From Macrostomum hystrix (Eukaryota; Animalia; Platyhelminthes), in assembly GCA_950097015.1 (NCBI GenBank), contig CATNEN010000038.1, positions 26,660,001 through 26,724,000 of the forward strand: a stretch of 64,000 nt of DNA. Reading direction: 5' to 3'. Positions 13,463 through 24,900 of the stretch are shown here, piece after piece. Numbering within the stretch: position 1 is the stretch's first letter; each line of letters starts with the position of its first letter. The translations under genes were made by a program, and so were the position numbers. The notes under the pieces were generated by a model, which was not told the DNA's origin, did not search any database, and saw only the letters and a list, made by a program, of their open reading frames with translations.

Positions 13463-14038
13463 TGTGGGCAATAAGAGCACAACAAAAAATTAAAAAATTA
13501 AAAACTTTAAATTTACGAAAAACCAAAATTACCCTAGAGTCAATCGGATAAATGAGTATGTAAGCACATCGCGCCAGTATTTCTATATACTTAATAATAT
13601 AATATACTTAATAGCATAACATTTTACGTAAACAGCTTTTCTTGCTTAAACTTGCGCGACTTTCTTAGACTAAGCTTAATAAAACGAAGTATAAATTCTG
13701 AACTAGCAAAAACGCAGAAAAGCACAAGCAATAACATTTTTTCTAAGTTAAGGAATTTAAGCGTTATTATTTCTATGTAAATTTTAGAAAATACTGTGTT
13801 TCTAGTAACTATAATTTTATCCCAGTAAGTTGACTTTGAATTGCATTCTTATTTTATTACAAGCTTCCAGCAAAATCCTTAATGAGTAAGATTGTAAGAA
13901 ACATATATATTGCAAATAGATGTGCAATCGCGAGAATTTTGGAGTGTTAAAAATAAGTATAAAGCTTAATTTCTTCGGACTACTGAACTACGAGCCTATT
14001 GTCTTGAAATTTTTCATTAACTTTGATTCAACTTGACG
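13463..14038. promoter_or_regulatory. Probable bidirectional promoter between NAGPA and ANKRD60
   Basis: Divergent ATGs at 13462(-) and 14039(+), separated by 576 bp of AT-rich, repeat-free DNA. Confidence 0.55.
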
Positions 14039-17000
14039 ATGCGTCGACAGGCAGGTCAGAAGCAAAATACAAAGCAGTCTAAAATTTCATTGCGCGTTAA
14101 GTTTTTGCTACTCGACGAGACCCTCGACCTAGACAAGAAGATCGCCTTTCAGTCTACAGTTCGAGACCTGAAGTGTCACATCGAATTAGCCACGGGAATT
14201 CCGTTCGAGCTACAGCAGCTTTCATACTTAGATGCAGGTGACTAAATGATTATAGGTTTGCTGTTCCAATAAGTTATATGAATCTATGCAATCCCAAGCA
14301 ATCCATAAATAGGCTTTGAATTGCTTCATAAGGAAGTGTAGTCTTACATTTTTTACATTTTACATCTATACTTTGACGTTAAAGAACCACAAGCATAAAG
14401 CAGGCAAAGATCTTACAACTTTCTTATCAAACATTAAATTCTTAATAACATTAAATCTGTAAAGCAATCTCTAGCAAAATTTCATTTGTCACATTTCATA
14501 ATTATTTATGAAATCATTTTTCACATAACTCTTTCAGGTGCTCTAAAAGATGATCAGATCATAAAGAATATTGAGATTGTTCCCAACGCAATCATTCATC
14601 TAAACGTTTGGCACACGTGGAAGGAAATTGTGGAAGCTAGTTGTTTAAATGAAATCGAGCATGTAAGTAATTATGTTAGTTTTCCTAGAACTAACTAAAT
14701 ATGCGAAAGGACAAATTTTCCTCATTCAACTTGCAGAAAAACTTTAATCTATTTAAAAAAATAGATATTGTTGATTAATAGCAAATATATAGCGTCTCGT
14801 TCATAGAAATGTGTTTATTTAAATTTATGTTTAACAGGATCCATTGCGTTCCGGCTGCAGGTACGTAAAATGCCTGATGCTGATTAGCATAAAGGCCTAT
14901 TGCATTTGTCAATGTCGCGAAAAAAGCTTCACTAAATAACCATGCATATATATATTTTCTAAATAGTTTGTTAAAATTGTCATGCTGTTCAATTAATAAG
15001 CTTTTTTCGCAAGTTCACACTGTTGCCATCATTACCAGTTGCCTAGAGAGATAGAAATTAAAAAACCTGTGTACAGCTGTTCAATCCATGGACTTGCTCA
15101 GGAACACAAACTCGAACTGAGGACTAAGCATTGGGCTACTAAGGCTACTAACCCCTGTGAGAGCTACAAAAGGGTTTCAAAGTTATAACAAATTCGATTC
15201 AAGCCGCTAATTACGATTGTTTTCACACCTTTTGAGGTGAAAGTCGATGATTTCACAAAAATCTTCCGCAAATCAATTATTCTATTTAAACAAACTTGTA
15301 TTATTTGAATTCCAGCTTTTCGCTATCGGAGTGACGCAAGACTCAACATTTCAAACCGCCACCTCTGAGTACATGCTGCCGAAACAGCGCCGCGACTGGC
15401 TGCAGCACAGAGCCTCAGTGGCCTTGTTCATTGCCAGCCAGCGAGACCACTATGAGATGGCACGGCGGCTACTTCAAAGCGGTGAGGCTTTTTAATGAGA
15501 ATTTGAGCACAGAGATGTTGTGCATCATTTCTTAATGATAGATTCTGACTAGGCTTTTGAGTGCGACCACAAAGGACTTCTGTACGACTACCAAGGCATT
15601 TTGCTGAACATTTTTGGCAACGCCTGAATGCTAACAGCGTTGGGTGGTGACTGATTGGTTGACAGACTAGGCGAGGGTGTCCTGTGGTTGAGCTGCGCCT
15701 AATATTTAGACTTGATCGGTGAAATTCGAGAAATTTGCGTCAGGGTGTCAATGTGGCCTATTCGACCTGTTGTAGCCCTTGAAGGTCCAGCAAATCCGTC
15801 TAGATAAAGGCAGGTGACCACCGAAGACTGAGATGATGCAAGCACATTTGGGTGACATGTTGATCAATTTTGAAGGCTTGGCAAGGCCGCACTGAGGCGC
15901 AGTGCTAATTCGTGTGTAGGGGTGTTTAAAATCATACCTTCGGCAAGAAACTTTGAATATCTCGACGGTCTGAAGAGCTGGCGACTTGATTTTTGTTTCA
16001 GAAGATGCGCAGCAAAAATTTGGCCCGTGTTCTTGAGTTTCGTGTGCTTGCGTTGTTCCGTTCGGGTGCAGCACAAAAATTGTCAGGGGGGAATCGGTAG
16101 TTCTACTGTTAATCGCGGTACTCGATGCGATTAACTTGAGTCTGAACATGAAGAAAAAAGCCTATTGTGAGTCCATTATTTTCTGTCCGTTGCTCCCCCT
16201 GAGTTTTGACAAAAGACAACTGCGTTCATATTCAAGTCAGGCGGCCGTTGATGTACTGCCCGTTAACAGCACACAATAGGTTTTACCATAGACATTCGAC
16301 ATTATTGCACGTAATTTACTGCATTCATCAACGCTCGGACAGATGATAATTACTCAGAATCTCTGAGATGTGAAATATCGGATCAATCGGCCCCTTAAAG
16401 GTGCCAGTGCCAACTGTCAAACAGGCGCCGGCCGTACACCGTTGCACGTAGCTGCCGCCAAGGACAACCTGGACATTGTGGACTTGCTGTTGGCGAATGG
16501 TGAGCCATGATTCTTACACATGAAGCGCTTTACAGGCCATGAAGCTAACCATTTATATAACCACAGCTAGCGGACCCACTCCAACACCTCTAGTCCAATT
16601 AACCCAATCAACCCACTCCAACACCCCAGTCCAATCAACCCACTCCAACACCCCAGTCCAATCAACCCACTCCAACACCCCAGTCCAATCAACACCCAAC
16701 ACCTTAGTATAATTAATTCACTCACACCCTGAACCCTCAGTTCTAGTGCATTGATTCGTCAACCCTCACATAGGGTAATCACAAAATTCACTTAAAAAAG
16801 GCGCCGACATCGATCTGGCCGACTTCGGCGACAGCGCCGCAGGCGGGCGTACAGCACTGGCTCTGGCCGCAGCGGCAGGACACAAAGCCTGCGAGAGACG
16901 CCTGTTCACGCACCGCTGGGAGAGGCGAGCCTTTGCCCCAAAATCAGCCTCAACGGTTGATGTTGGGGGACAGCAGCAGCAGCTGTTTGAATTTCAACGC

Positions 17001-19599
17001 TCGGATTCAAGTAATCCGCGTTGGCGAGTTGGGCCGCATGCGCAGGTGTACATGGAGGCGACTACCGCGAGCAGTTCGGCGACTGGGGCCAGTCGGGGAG
17101 CCAGCGGTGCCATTGGCAAACCTGCGGCGGTCCGCGGTGCTGAAGGGTGCGTTTCTTAGCTAGCTGGGCTACTAGGCTATAGCTGGACCTATTCAAATAC
17201 CATTAGGCTAGCTGGACCTATTCAAATACCATTAGGCTAGCTGGACCTATTCAAATACCATTAGGCTAGCTGGACCTATTCAAATACCATTAGGCTAGCT
17301 GGACCTATTCAAATACCATTAGGCTAGCTGGACCTATTCAAATACCATTAGGCTAGCTGGACCTATTCAAATACCATTAGGCTATAGCTGGACCTATTCA
17401 AATACTATTAGGCTAGCTGGACCTATTCAAATACCATTAGGCTAGCTGGACCTATTCAAATACTATTAGGCTAGCTGGACCTATTCAAATACTATTAGGC
17501 TATAGCTGGACCTATTCAAATACCATTAGGCTATAGCTGGACCTATTCAAATACCATTAGGCTAGCTGGACCTATTCAAATACCATTAGGCTAGCTGGAC
17601 CTATTCAAATACCATTAGGCTAGCTGGACCTATTCAAATACCATTAGGCTAGCTGGACCTATTCAAATACCATTAGGCTATAGCTGGACCTATTCAAATA
17701 CCATTAGGCTAGCTGGACCTATTCAAATACCATTAGGCTATAGCTGGACCTATTCAAATACCATTAGGCTAGCTGGACCTATTCAAATACCATTAGGCTA
17801 GCTGGACCTATTCAAATACCATTAGGCTAGCTGGACCTATTCAAATACCATTAGGCTAGCTGGACCTATTCAAATACCATTAGGCTATAGCTGGACCTAT
17901 TCAAATACCATTAGGCTAGCTGGACCTATTCAAATACCATTAGGCTAGCTGGACCTGTTCAAATACTATTAGGCTATAGCTGGACCTATTCAAATACCAT
18001 TAGGCTAGCTGGACCTATTCAAATACTATTAGGCTAGCTGGACCTATTCAAATACCATTGGGCTAGCTGGACCTATTCAAATACCATTAGGCTAGCTGGA
18101 CCTATTCAAATACCATTAGGCTAGCTGGACCTATTCAAATACCATTAGGCTAGCTGGACCTATTCAAATACCATTAGGCTAGCTGGACCTATTCAAATAC
18201 CATTAGGCTAGCTGGACCTATTCAAATACCATTAGGCTAGCTGGACCTATTCAAATACCATTAGGCTAGCTGGACCTATTCAAATACCATTAGGCTAGCT
18301 GGACCTGTTCAAATACCATTAGGCTATAGCTGGACCTATTCAAATACCATTAGGCTAGCTGGACCTATTCAAATACTATTAGGCTAGCTGGACCTATTCA
18401 AATACTATTAGGCTAGCTGGACCTATTCAAATACCATTGGGCTAGCTGGACCTATTCAAATACCATTAGGCTAGCTGGACCTATTCAAATACCATTAGGC
18501 TAGCTGGACCTATTCAAATACCATTAGGCTAGCTGGACCTATTCAAATACCATTAGGCTAGCTGGACCTATTCAAATACTATTAGGCTAGCTGGACCTAT
18601 TCAAATACCATTCAACAACAATGAGTAAAAATCAGTTTATCAATCGACTTATTTAAATTTCAGTGAGCCAGCCAATGCATCAGGCGAGAGCTATGATTCG
18701 TGGAGTCAGCGAAAAATTCAGCAGCGACAAAAGCTGGCGAGCAGTCAGGATGCGTTAGCAAGGTTGGCACAATATTTCTTTTTAACTAAATCTCTTCTTT
18801 AGTTAAACGTCTATTAGCTTGCCTGAAGCCTGTCAATTAGTTACCTGAAGACTGTCAATTAGCTACCTGAAGACTGTCAATTAGCTACCTGAAGACTGTC
18901 AATTAGCTACCTGAAGACTGTCAATTAGCTGCCTGAAGACTGTCAATTAGCTGCCTGAAGACTGTCAATTAGCTACCTGAAGACTGTCAAATTAGCTACC
19001 TGAAGACTGTCAATTAGCTACCAGAAGACTGTCAATTAGCTACCTGAAGCCGGTTTTTTAAGATTTTTTTAAAGGAAACTTGTATTTAATTTTGTCTTAA
19101 AATTTAAAACCGAAAACAAATTCTTAGATCGAGACTTCCAACGATCGACGTTGGCGCTAACAAGAAGCAGCCAAAAAGAATTCAGCAGCAGCAGCAGCAG
19201 CAGCAGCAGTCGAAGCATGCTGAAGAGTCGCTGCTCAGTAAACTTATTGAAGCAACAGCAGATCAGTTGGACATTCAGCAGCAGCAGCAGCAGCACAGGC
19301 GGTCAGCAGCGGTCAGCATCTCACATTTGAGCACAGGTCAGAGTGACGAACCTGTCGCAGAAGCCGGACCCGCGCCAATGATTGGCAGGCGTCGCGGCCC
19401 AGTGGATCCGCAGTTAAACGCTTACGAGCAGTGGCTTAAGGATCGCTCCGAGGGAGACAATGCTAATGATACTACTGTCAGTCCGGGCAACGACAGTAGT
19501 GCGATTGCAGCGGCGGCGGCGGATTCTGCTCAACTGCTGCCTTATCAGCTGATGATAGAGGAGTTCTGTAGGGAGAAGTGCACGAACTTGTACTTTTAA
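14039..19599 (+). CDS. ANKRD60: Ubiquitin-like domain + ankyrin repeat protein (ANKRD60-like), ~501 aa, 7 exons
   Basis: Exons 14039-14237, 14538-14662, 15316-15481, 16401-16499, 16801-17146, 18664-18762, 19128-19599 (1506 nt, phases consistent). Motifs GIPFELQQLSYLDAG (UBL), W.EIVEA, RASVALFIASQRDH, GRTPLHVAAA, GRTALALA..GHKACERRLF follow the ANKRD60 layout. The last two exons are low-complexity (polyQ) and less certain. Confidence 0.85.
16575..16700. repeat. 27-bp short tandem repeat (ccaatcaacccactccaacaccccagt), ANKRD60 intron 4
   Basis: About 4 tandem copies. Confidence 0.8.
17158..18612. repeat. 29/31-bp minisatellite (taggctagctggacctattcaaataccat), ANKRD60 intron 5
   Basis: Tandem periodicity. 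Fills nearly the whole intron and begins ~12 nt after the donor. Confidence 0.97.
18815..19050. repeat. 22-bp minisatellite (tagctacctgaagactgtcaat), ANKRD60 intron 6
   Basis: About 10 tandem copies. Confidence 0.93.
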
Positions 19600-19629
19600 C
19601 ACTAAAGTGTTCGCCACGAAGGTACCTGA

Positions 19630-19825
19630 GCACAGTGAGAGTTTACACTGCCTGACGATGAGACGATGACTATGAGAATGTCATGGCAGATTTACACACC
19701 TATGCGAGTGTGTGCCTGCGTACGGTATCTGTGTCTGTGTGAGCTCAGTAATTGCCTCCTCGCTTGCTGCAGGTCTACTGTCACCAAATGATGGTACCAG
19801 TGCCCGCAGCCCTCCTGCAATTATT
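19630..19825 (+). mobile_element. Copy B of the dispersed element, in the ANKRD60 3' UTR
   Basis: gcacagtgagagtttacactgcctgac... and aattgcctcctcgcttgctgcaggtctactgtcaccaaatgat...cccgcagccctcctgcaa match the other copies. Confidence 0.7.
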
Positions 19826-21304
19826 TTTTAAAAAACTACGCTTGTAGTTAATGCTTTTAAAAAAAGATAATTATCTTAGCAATACTCTCTCATTGTCGCG
19901 AGTCGTTTCTAAGAAATCTCTTTACTATTTTCATTTCGCTTTTACTTCTAGTCTTTGAGCTTTGCTTTTGCTATTGACTGAAAGCAATTTTAAGAAATAA
20001 AGTTATAAACCTGTCTTTTAAACTGTCTATATAATAAAAACTTAGCAGTTTTCCTATCATTTATTGGGTTATTACTAATATTTAGATTACGAAGTCAATA
20101 GTCACGTGGTTTTACGAAACGATGCTATTTTTAGAATCCAAGGTCATTTATCACCCACGCGATGAGTGCATGAAAGATAGAAGAAGCCGATTGGGTAGGC
20201 CGCGACTATAAATTAGACAAATAAGCAATAGAGAAATATCATGACAAACAGTTGTGGATATAACTGTGTTCAATGACTGAATAGAAAGAATGTTGACACT
20301 AACTTGCGGTGTCAACTCCAAGCATGTATATTTTATCAGTCACTGTACAGTGTACACCGTGTATGAATTTTACGAACTGCTCCGGTTTGTGTAGACTAGG
20401 CCAGGTTAAATAATAACTCGAAAAAAGACATATTTAGTCCAGTTGAATAAATAACACTGTTAAGCTTATGTAAAAACTAAATAGTATACAGAGAGAAAAA
20501 GCGAAACGAATGCACTTTTAAGGACAATGTCAAAACAAAAATAAAACTCACAGACGGACTGGAATTGCACTTTATCGGTCAGGCTCAAATAAAAAATAAT
20601 TGTTTGAAAAGAGTGTGCCAGGAAAATGTGTCGCGAAAAAAATTGTGGTTCGTTTGAAATTAGATTTTAATAGATTAGGAAAACTAGTTATAAGCTTGTT
20701 GCTTATAGAAAGGTATTATACAGTATAACGTCAAAAGCATGACATTGACAGTGAAAAAAATTTGCAACAGTCCCAGTATTTTACTCGATAAACTTGGGCC
20801 AAAAAATCCTAATTTTGAATCGGGATATTGCTCTTATTAAAACAAGTGAAAAAATGAAAACAGATACTTGTGTAATTGACTAAGAAAACAAATTTTATTG
20901 AAGACAACAAAAGCATTATTATTAGACAACTAATTTTTTTATGAAAAAAACACTCAAACTACACTACTGGCTACACACAGCAACTGAGTTTGAAATACTG
21001 GCTACATTGCCTATTTCACTTAGGAACCTAGATTTCAAATTGGCGCCAAAAGCCTTTTATGATTAAGACAAAAAAAAATAAAATAAATATAGATAATTAA
21101 ATGAATTTGAATTCAATTTTAAGTGCCATCGATAAAAACAATTATGAGAAATTTGTCAGATAAAAAATGAGGCTAAAACAGAGTGTAAATCACAAGCAAC
21201 AGCAGCAGCAGCGATATTAACTGGCCCAGAGAGCAAACTAAACTTAATGCAAGCAAATAAAGGAAATATTTGACATAGGCAATTATTGACGATTATTGAC
21301 TTGA

Positions 21305-21850
21305 TCATTCACCAATGTAAAGATGGATTTGGAATCAATGACCAATGTAAAGATGGATTTGGAATCAATGACCAATGTAAAGATGGATTTGGAATCAATG
21401 ACCAATGTAAAGATGGATTTGGGATCAATGACCAATCCAAAAATAGATTTGGAATCAATGACCAATCCAAAAATAGATTTGGAATCAATGACCAATCCAA
21501 AAATAGATTTGGAATCAATGACCAATCCAAAAATAGATTTGGAATCAATGACCAATCCAAAAATAGATTTGGAATCAATGACCAATCCAAAAATAGATTT
21601 GGAATCAATGACCAATCCAAAAATAGATTTGGAATCAATGACCAATCCAAAAATAGATTTGGGATCAATGACCAATGTAAAGATAGATTTGGGATCAATG
21701 ACCAATCTAAAGATAGATTTGGAATCAATGACCAATCTAAAGATAGATTTGGAATCAATGACCAATCTAAAGATAGATTTGGAATCAATGACCAATCCAA
21801 AATGGATTTGGGATCAATGACCAATCTAAAGATGGATAGGGGATCAATAA
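21305..21850. repeat. 30-bp minisatellite (gatttggaatcaatgaccaatccaaaaata) just downstream of the OXR1 stop codon
   Basis: About 18 tandem copies. Confidence 0.95.
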
Positions 21851-21914
21851 CAAATTAACATGAGTTTCATTCCCAATGGCACAGTTGGTGCCCAATTACC
21901 AGCCAGTTCAAAAT

Positions 21915-24900
21915 CTAACCTTCAATCGGATCAACAAATGCCCATATCTCCAGGTCGCGAACCAGAAAGTCTTCGTCAGCCGAGGAGACGCCGGACAACA
22001 CGGGACTGTTGAAGGTGTCGCAGGGCTGCGAGCGACCGCGGCAGAGGTCGGAGTCTAGCCAGATGGCGCAACGGCCGCTAGAGCTCCCAACTGAGAAGTG
22101 CTCAAGCTCTCCGCGGATAAAGAACATGTTCTCTCCAGTCCAGGCGTACGGATAGAAGTCTTTGTCAGCCTCGGATTCGGTCAAGTCGGTCGAGTCCGAG
22201 TCTGAGTCTTGGTCCACCGAGTCTTTGGCTGCTTCAGCGATGCAGCTGTTGCTGTCGCGTTTGGGTGGAGACTCTGCACTGCTATGAAAGATTGGTTACA
22301 GCGGAGTGACAGAAGAGTGACAGTGGTGTGACAGACGAGTGACAGCGGAGTGACAGTGAGGTGACAGACGAGTGACAGCGGAGTGACAGTAAAGTGACAG
22401 TGGGAGAGTGACAGTGGGAGAGTGATGTTATGTAGTGACTTGCAGCCAGCGCGTATACGCTGAGTACACCGCGCTGGCAGCTGTCTGTTAACTGGCTGAA
22501 TATCATTTCATTGTGCGGTGCAGCCATGTGCAGCCAGCGCGCGTACGCTGAGTACACCGCGCTGGCAGCCGTTTGGTTAACTGGCTGACTTTCAAATCAT
22601 TGTTCGCTCTATTTTATCACCCCCTAATCCTTACACCCAACGTGCCGTCGCATAAAATATATATCGCTGTTCTCAGGAGCGTGGAGCTCTGACTGTTTAC
22701 GTTTCGTTCTAAATACCACCAGTCTAGAGCTATTTCAGTGGCGACGAGACTTGGGCCCAGCCATGCCGGCCCACGGAATCGGAGAATTTGAAGACTCCGT
22801 CGAAACCTGGGATGAATACCAGGAGCGCCTGGAGCAGCATTTTCTCGCCCAGGACATCACTGACGAGGGCAAGAAGAGAGCAACCCTGCTGAGTGTCTGT
22901 GGAAGGAAGACGTTTCAATTGGCTAGAAGCCTGTGCTCTCCAGCCAAAGTTGCTGGCAAATCGTACGACGACATCTGTTCGCTGCTGAGCGGTCATTTCA
23001 ACCCGAGACCAAGTGAGATCGTCCAAAGGTTCCACTTTAACAACCGAGCCCAGCGTGCTGGAGAGACTGTGGCAGAGTTTCTGGCAGAGCTGCGGAAGCT
23101 GGCCGAGTTCTGCAACTTTGGCAACAGCTTGTCGGACATGCTGCGGGACAGACTGGTGTGCGGCATCGCGGATCAGCAAATCCAACGCCGGCTGCTGATG
23201 GAGCCGACCCTCACCCTCGACACAGCAAAGGAGATCGCTCGGGCGGGCGAATCGGCAGCCATCAACTGCCGGTCGCTGGGATCAGCGAACTCGGCAGCAC
23301 CGACGCCATCGACGGAAAGCGACGCTGTGCTACGGATGGAGCGGCAGCGACCAGAGGAAGACAGCAGACAGCTGGGAGCCGAAAGTCGTCGGCGCTGCTT
23401 TCGCTGTCTCTCAACCCGTCACCTGGCCAGCAAGTGCCCCTTCGTGGACAAGCGCTGCTTTAAGTGCAGCAAGACCGGACACACAGCGAAGGCCTGTAAG
23501 ACAGATGCACTGCGGCAGCAGCAGACACACCAGCTGGTGGAGCAGGTGACCACGAGCGCGAGTCCAGATGAGGTGTCGTATCCGTTTTATCATCTGGGGG
23601 CGGATCGGCCGCAGTCAAGTTTTCCACCGATCAGGACATCGGTTTTTATCGAAGGGCGGCAGCACGAGATGGAGGTAGACACAGGTGCATCTGTATCGCT
23701 GATGTCTGAGCGCACATTCAAGGCGAACCTGGACGGACTGGTTACACTGTCCCGGTCAACGATTCAACTCAGCACCTACACCGGTCAGGCCGTGCGCGTG
23801 CTCGGCCAGCTGTCCGTCCGCGTGCGAGTGTCCGCCGACTCTGATGAAGCGCAACTGCGGCTTCTCGTTGTCGCCGGCGACGGTCCGAGCCTCCTCGGTC
23901 GGGATTGGCTGGCTCAGCTGCGCCTGGACTGGCAGTCGGTCAAGCGCATCGGTGACCCTGCTGAGAAGCTCATCAAGGAGTTCTCAGATGTCTTCCAAGG
24001 CCTGGGAGAGTTCAACGGCAAGCCAGTGTCTATCAGTCTCAAGGAGACCGCAAGACCGAAGTTCTTCAAGGCGCGACCTGTTCCTTTCGCGCTGCGTGAA
24101 AAAGTCGAACAGCAGCTGCAGAAGGAAATCGACCAAGGAGTGCTGATGCCGGTCAAGAACTCCGACTGGGCGTCACCGATCGTGCCAGTGATGAAATCGG
24201 ACGGCAGCGTCCGCGTCTGTGCAGATTTCAAGCAGGGAGTCAACACAGCGATTCGGCCGGAGGCGTACCCCCTGCCAAACATCGACGAACTGTTCGCCCG
24301 GCTGACTGGCGGGCAAAAGTTCTCTAAGCTGGACCTGACCAACGCATTTATGCAGCTTCCGCTGGACGAGGAAGCCCAAGAGGTCTGTACAATCAACACT
24401 TCCGTCGGACTCCTGCGCTACACCCGACTGCCTTTTGGGGTGTCGATTGCCCCAAGCGTCTTCCAACGAGTGATGGACAACCTGCTGCGTGGAATTCCGC
24501 ACACAGCATCCTTCATCGATGATGTCATCATCACGGGAGAGGACGACGCGAGCCATCTGCACAATCTCAGAGAGGTCCTGAGGGTCTTCAAGGAATCCGG
24601 CCTGACCTGCAAGCTCGAGAAGTGCAGATTCTTCCAGGACGAGGTCACGTACCTGGGTCACCGCATCGACGCAGAGGGACTGCACCCACTCGACGACAAA
24701 GTCCAAGCCGTGCTAGATGCACCAGCACCGACGAACACGACTCAGCTCAGGAGCTTCTTGGGCCTCATCAACTATTACGGGAAGTTCCTGCCGAATCTCT
24801 CCAGCGTGCTGGCACCGCTACACCGGCTGCTGGAGAAAAACTCGAAGTGGCGGTGGGACCGCGGTGAGGCCAAAGCGTTTGCCGCAGCAAAGCAGCTACT

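Noticed and set aside
15748-16149. ORFs inside ANKRD60 intron 3
   Set aside because: No recognisable domain or phase-compatible splice sites. Possibly a decayed repeat, but I cannot support that.
21283-21858. Four overlapping repetitive ORFs
   Set aside because: Translations of a 30-bp satellite, open on both strands.
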